A DNA stretch of 63,149 bases, counting the filler, from Intoshia linei (Eukaryota; Animalia; Orthonectida): NCBI GenBank assembly GCA_001642005.1. It is 6 parts of 6 records of this genome, joined end to end, with 100 filler letters (N's around TTAATTAATTAA, not from the genome) between each part and the next. Parts side by side here need not be neighbours in the genome. Positions count along the whole stretch, not along the records: positions 56,602 to 63,149 come from LWCA01001668.1; 5 more parts are not named here. One strand, written 5' to 3'. This document shows positions 59,827 through 63,149 of this stretch, piece after piece. Numbering within the stretch: the stretch's first letter is position 1; each line of letters opens with the position of its first letter. The notes below the pieces were generated by a model that was given only the letters and a program-made list of their open reading frames with translations, ran no database searches and was not told the DNA's origin. The translations under genes and the position numbers were made by a program.

Positions 59827-61298
59827 ATTTAGATTTAATAATTGGTAATAATGATCATTTTAAACCTTAAAGTGGTATGTTTTTGATCAAGGCGTCACTT
59901 TGCGTAATTGAAATTTTTTGTGTATGTTCAATAAATATTGTTCATTGAAAATGACTGCATGAGCTGTAATTTTTTTTAAAAAGGGTAATTTGAGGTGTTG
60001 ATCGTGAAAGTTAAATTTTTTGCGATTTATGATAATAATTATTATTTTAAAACATATCTCAGAATTTATATTTTATAAAATTCTAGGACTTTTTTCATTT
60101 TTTAAAAAAAAGTAATTTGAGGCTTTACGATGAAGAAATAAATTTGTGAGGCTGAGATATACGATAATGTTAATGATTTTAAAACGCATCCCAGAATTTA
60201 TATTTTTTTTAATTATATAACTGGTTTTATTTTTGAAATAAATGGAAGTAGGGTTTTTGATCCGGAAGAAATCAATTTCTAAAAATGAAACTTGCATTAA
60301 AATATCACTCGAAAAACTGGATTAGAAATTTGATTTTTTTAATTCTAGAACTGCGAATTTTATAAATAAACACTAACACAGCCATGTACTTTTATATACG
60401 GTTGAAGTAAAGGATAAAATTATTTTTGAAATGTTATTTAATCGTATCTAAATGGTAGCTAATAATAATTATAATAAATGAGATTCTGAACTTAAGAATC
60501 GCGGTATATCATAAACATTGCATATATATAATTTTTCAATTTTAAGTCATTCTTAGTCAGTCTCTTAATGCAATTTGAATAACAAGTATATGTAATATAA
60601 AAATTTAGACACAATGGTTTTGTTCAAAACTATATAAACAACAGTATCGAAACAAATTATGGCACAAAAATAGACTACACATACGCAAACGAATCCATCC
60701 TGTGTAAATCTAAAGAATCTCAACATTTAGTAAAAATTATAATGAAAGGATGTAATTAATATTAATATAAACAAATAAAAACTTTAATCCCAGATAAACC
60801 GAAAATAGAATGCCAAAAAATAAAACTCAAAACTGTAAAATGTAAAATACACGGACATCCAAACATAAAAAAAATACACTTTAATGAAAATATCAACGTA
60901 TTAATAAAAAGGAAAAAATACAACAAGACTATAAATAATTTTCTAATTTTCATTGAACCAAAAGTAAATAAATAAAATAATAATAAAAAAGAAAGATTAA
61001 TTAAAATAAATACCTGTATTAGGAAAATCACATTGACGTAACAATAGACATGAAAAACGAAAAAAACAGGAAACACTTTATCATTTCAGCTGAAAATATT
61101 TATGGGAAAAAGAAAACAAAAATAAGCCTAATGGGTATGAATAATTGATACAAATCATAATGATTAAAAATAGAATTGTCAAAATCTGCCACATTAACAA
61201 TCCATGCAAGTCTGTTAATATTATTATGGTCAATATTATTGAATTTAAAACTATATTAAAAATAAAATATTTACTGACTATGTAAATATACAAATTAA

Positions 61299-61913
61299 TC
61301 AAAATCTTGGAGGAGCAAATCCTCGACCCATAGGTATAGACTCTAAATAAAATATATTTACAAAGATGAAATGTATACGTCTGGGGTCCATTGCGTGTCT
61401 TGGAGCACCAAAGCCCATTGGTGGTGCACCTCTCATAACAGGTGGTACAACCATTGGAGCCATTCCTCTGCTGATTCCACGCCCCATTCCAGACATGACG
61501 TTGATGGGAATTTTCATTCGAGCTTTATGAGACTAAATAATTGGGATATAATTGTATATATAATTTATTTAAATTTAAATTTAAAATAAAGCTATCATAA
61601 ATTACATCATTTGGAGGAGGTCCTTCTATAGTCATTGATACGATATGCTCACCTCTCATTATTATGAAACCTAAATTTCTTTTTTCTTCGTGAGCCACTT
61701 TGTTAACACTCTTTTTTTTAGGATAAATTGTTCGGAATTCTTCAGTATCATGCATGATAATATTCATATGTTTATCGTAAGCCATAAAAGTTCCTATAAA
61801 TATCCTACTATCACGTAAACATACGCGAATTCGGTAATTTATGTATTGCATTATTTTTGAAGTTCGGCCAGACTAAATTGTCATTACTATTAAGAAAATA
61901 TTAATTTTACCAT
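61299..61913 (-). CDS. SNRPB: Small nuclear ribonucleoprotein SmB
   Basis: ATG-only first coding exon (61911-61913), then SGRTSKIMQYINYRIRVCLRDSRIFIGTFMAYDKHMNI...EEKRNLGFIIMRGEHIVSMTIEGPPP and a short GRG/Pro-Met tail. Confidence 0.97.
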
Positions 61914-62689
61914 TTCTTAATTACAATTTCAAGTTAAATTTAAATATTACAGTGTTACTATAGTTGATAAAATTTATTATCAACAAGTTTTCTACTCTCC
62001 GATTGATGGTTTTTATGGTTACTGTGAAATAATTTATTTTTCATTTTGATTACATTTTGTAAATTTAAATGTTATCTTTGAATCAATCATTCTAAATTTA
62101 GATTTCTTAGTTATATTAACAATATTGTATATATTGTAATTTTCGAATTGACAAATTGTAAGTACAGTCAAGCCTCTACTAAGTGAACATTTGGGACCGG
62201 ATTATTTCAATGTTTATGAATCATGATTGCAGAAATGGTGAGCAAAAACTATAGTTACATAGTAACCGTGAATTAAAAGTTATCAATTTTTCAAAATTTA
62301 TTATAAACAATTCACAAAAACGAACTGTAATGTTAATTAATTTTAATTACATCATAATCTATTATTTTTGGGGTCTTGTTCAGTTTAAGCCCATAAAATG
62401 AACTTTGGAAAATGGAACTTTTTTGTCAAATTTTAAAAATTATTTATTTTGATTTTTAAGAAGTTGTCATGTCTAATAATTCAAATTGTATGCATTAATT
62501 ATTAATTTATCAAAGTATTCATTGATTTTTGAATACATTTTTTAGTTCAATATGCATTTATAACAAAATAATATAATAAATAAGTTACAAGAAAGAAATA
62601 AAAAAATATGTACTTTTAATTAAATTGTTTAATTTAATTTACAAATGTTTGAGGATATACGATTATGATGTGATCAAGTATATTCTTAA

Positions 62690-62930
62690 AAGTCTCGTCT
62701 ATTTGAACTTCTATACCACCCACCAAATCTCTCTGGATGATCTAACATTATTGATATAAAAATATCTTAAGAAAATTTTTCCACTGAACACATGTACTGG
62801 AGGACCAATTCAATTCATGATTTAAAAATTTGAAAGGATACACCTCTTATTATAAATGAATCAGTTACAAGAGTTGGGGATGGTTAGACGGCTATTATCC
62901 AAAATTGAATCTATTCGTCATCTCTATCAC
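62690..62930 (-). pseudogene. Merlin/ISXO2 (IS1595-like) transposase remnant
   Basis: HELNWSSSTCVQWKNFL...*C*...VGGIEVQIDETF resembles TxVDWxNFxRE...GG..VEIDES; in-frame stops. Confidence 0.6.
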
Positions 62931-63149
62931 CTTGTATATTTTAACTTTTTACTAACGTTGATAATAAATGTGATTTTTACAATTTTTACACGCTTTTTAG
63001 AATTTTAGACATTGACAACTACTTAAAAAACTTAGAGTTGTGGAAGAATTTAAGAATTTCTTGTATTTTGTTCTGGTTTGTTTGTATCTGGGATCAGTAG
63101 CAGTTTTTTTTATTTTTTTCCAGATAGATGTGTCCTTGTTTATTTATTT

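Noticed and set aside
60762-61302. Mitochondrial insertion (NUMT) suggested by F/I/L-rich frames
   Set aside because: No recognisable respiratory-chain motif even when reading TGA as Trp

Overview
Very AT-rich eukaryotic (metazoan-like) draft-assembly window with five 100-bp scaffold gaps (N-TTAATTAATTAA-N linkers). Genes are compact and broken by very short GT-AG introns (about 34-60 nt), so the ORF track only shows fragments. This architecture resembles a reduced parasite genome such as an orthonectid (inference, not confirmed). Genes I could splice together by hand: an MKK3/6-like MAP2K, U2AF2 (U2AF65), an orphan 482-aa ORF, a probable ANAPC5, MED30, a C1-like/RhoGAP gene, NUP155, an SFT2D vesicle-transport gene, CPSF4, a GH38 alpha-mannosidase and SNRPB. 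Introns and intergenic DNA are full of transposons: a non-autonomous Helitron-like family (5' TC ... 3' hairpin-CTAG), many hAT MITEs with 8-bp target-site duplications (several nested), and decayed hAT, pogo/Tigger, Merlin/ISXO2 and LTR-protease remnants. The most interesting signal is the longest U2AF65 intron, which carries eight clustered decoy 3'-splice-site motifs plus a frameshifting alternative donor and is a candidate autoregulatory element. No CRISPR array, tRNA or rRNA was seen.
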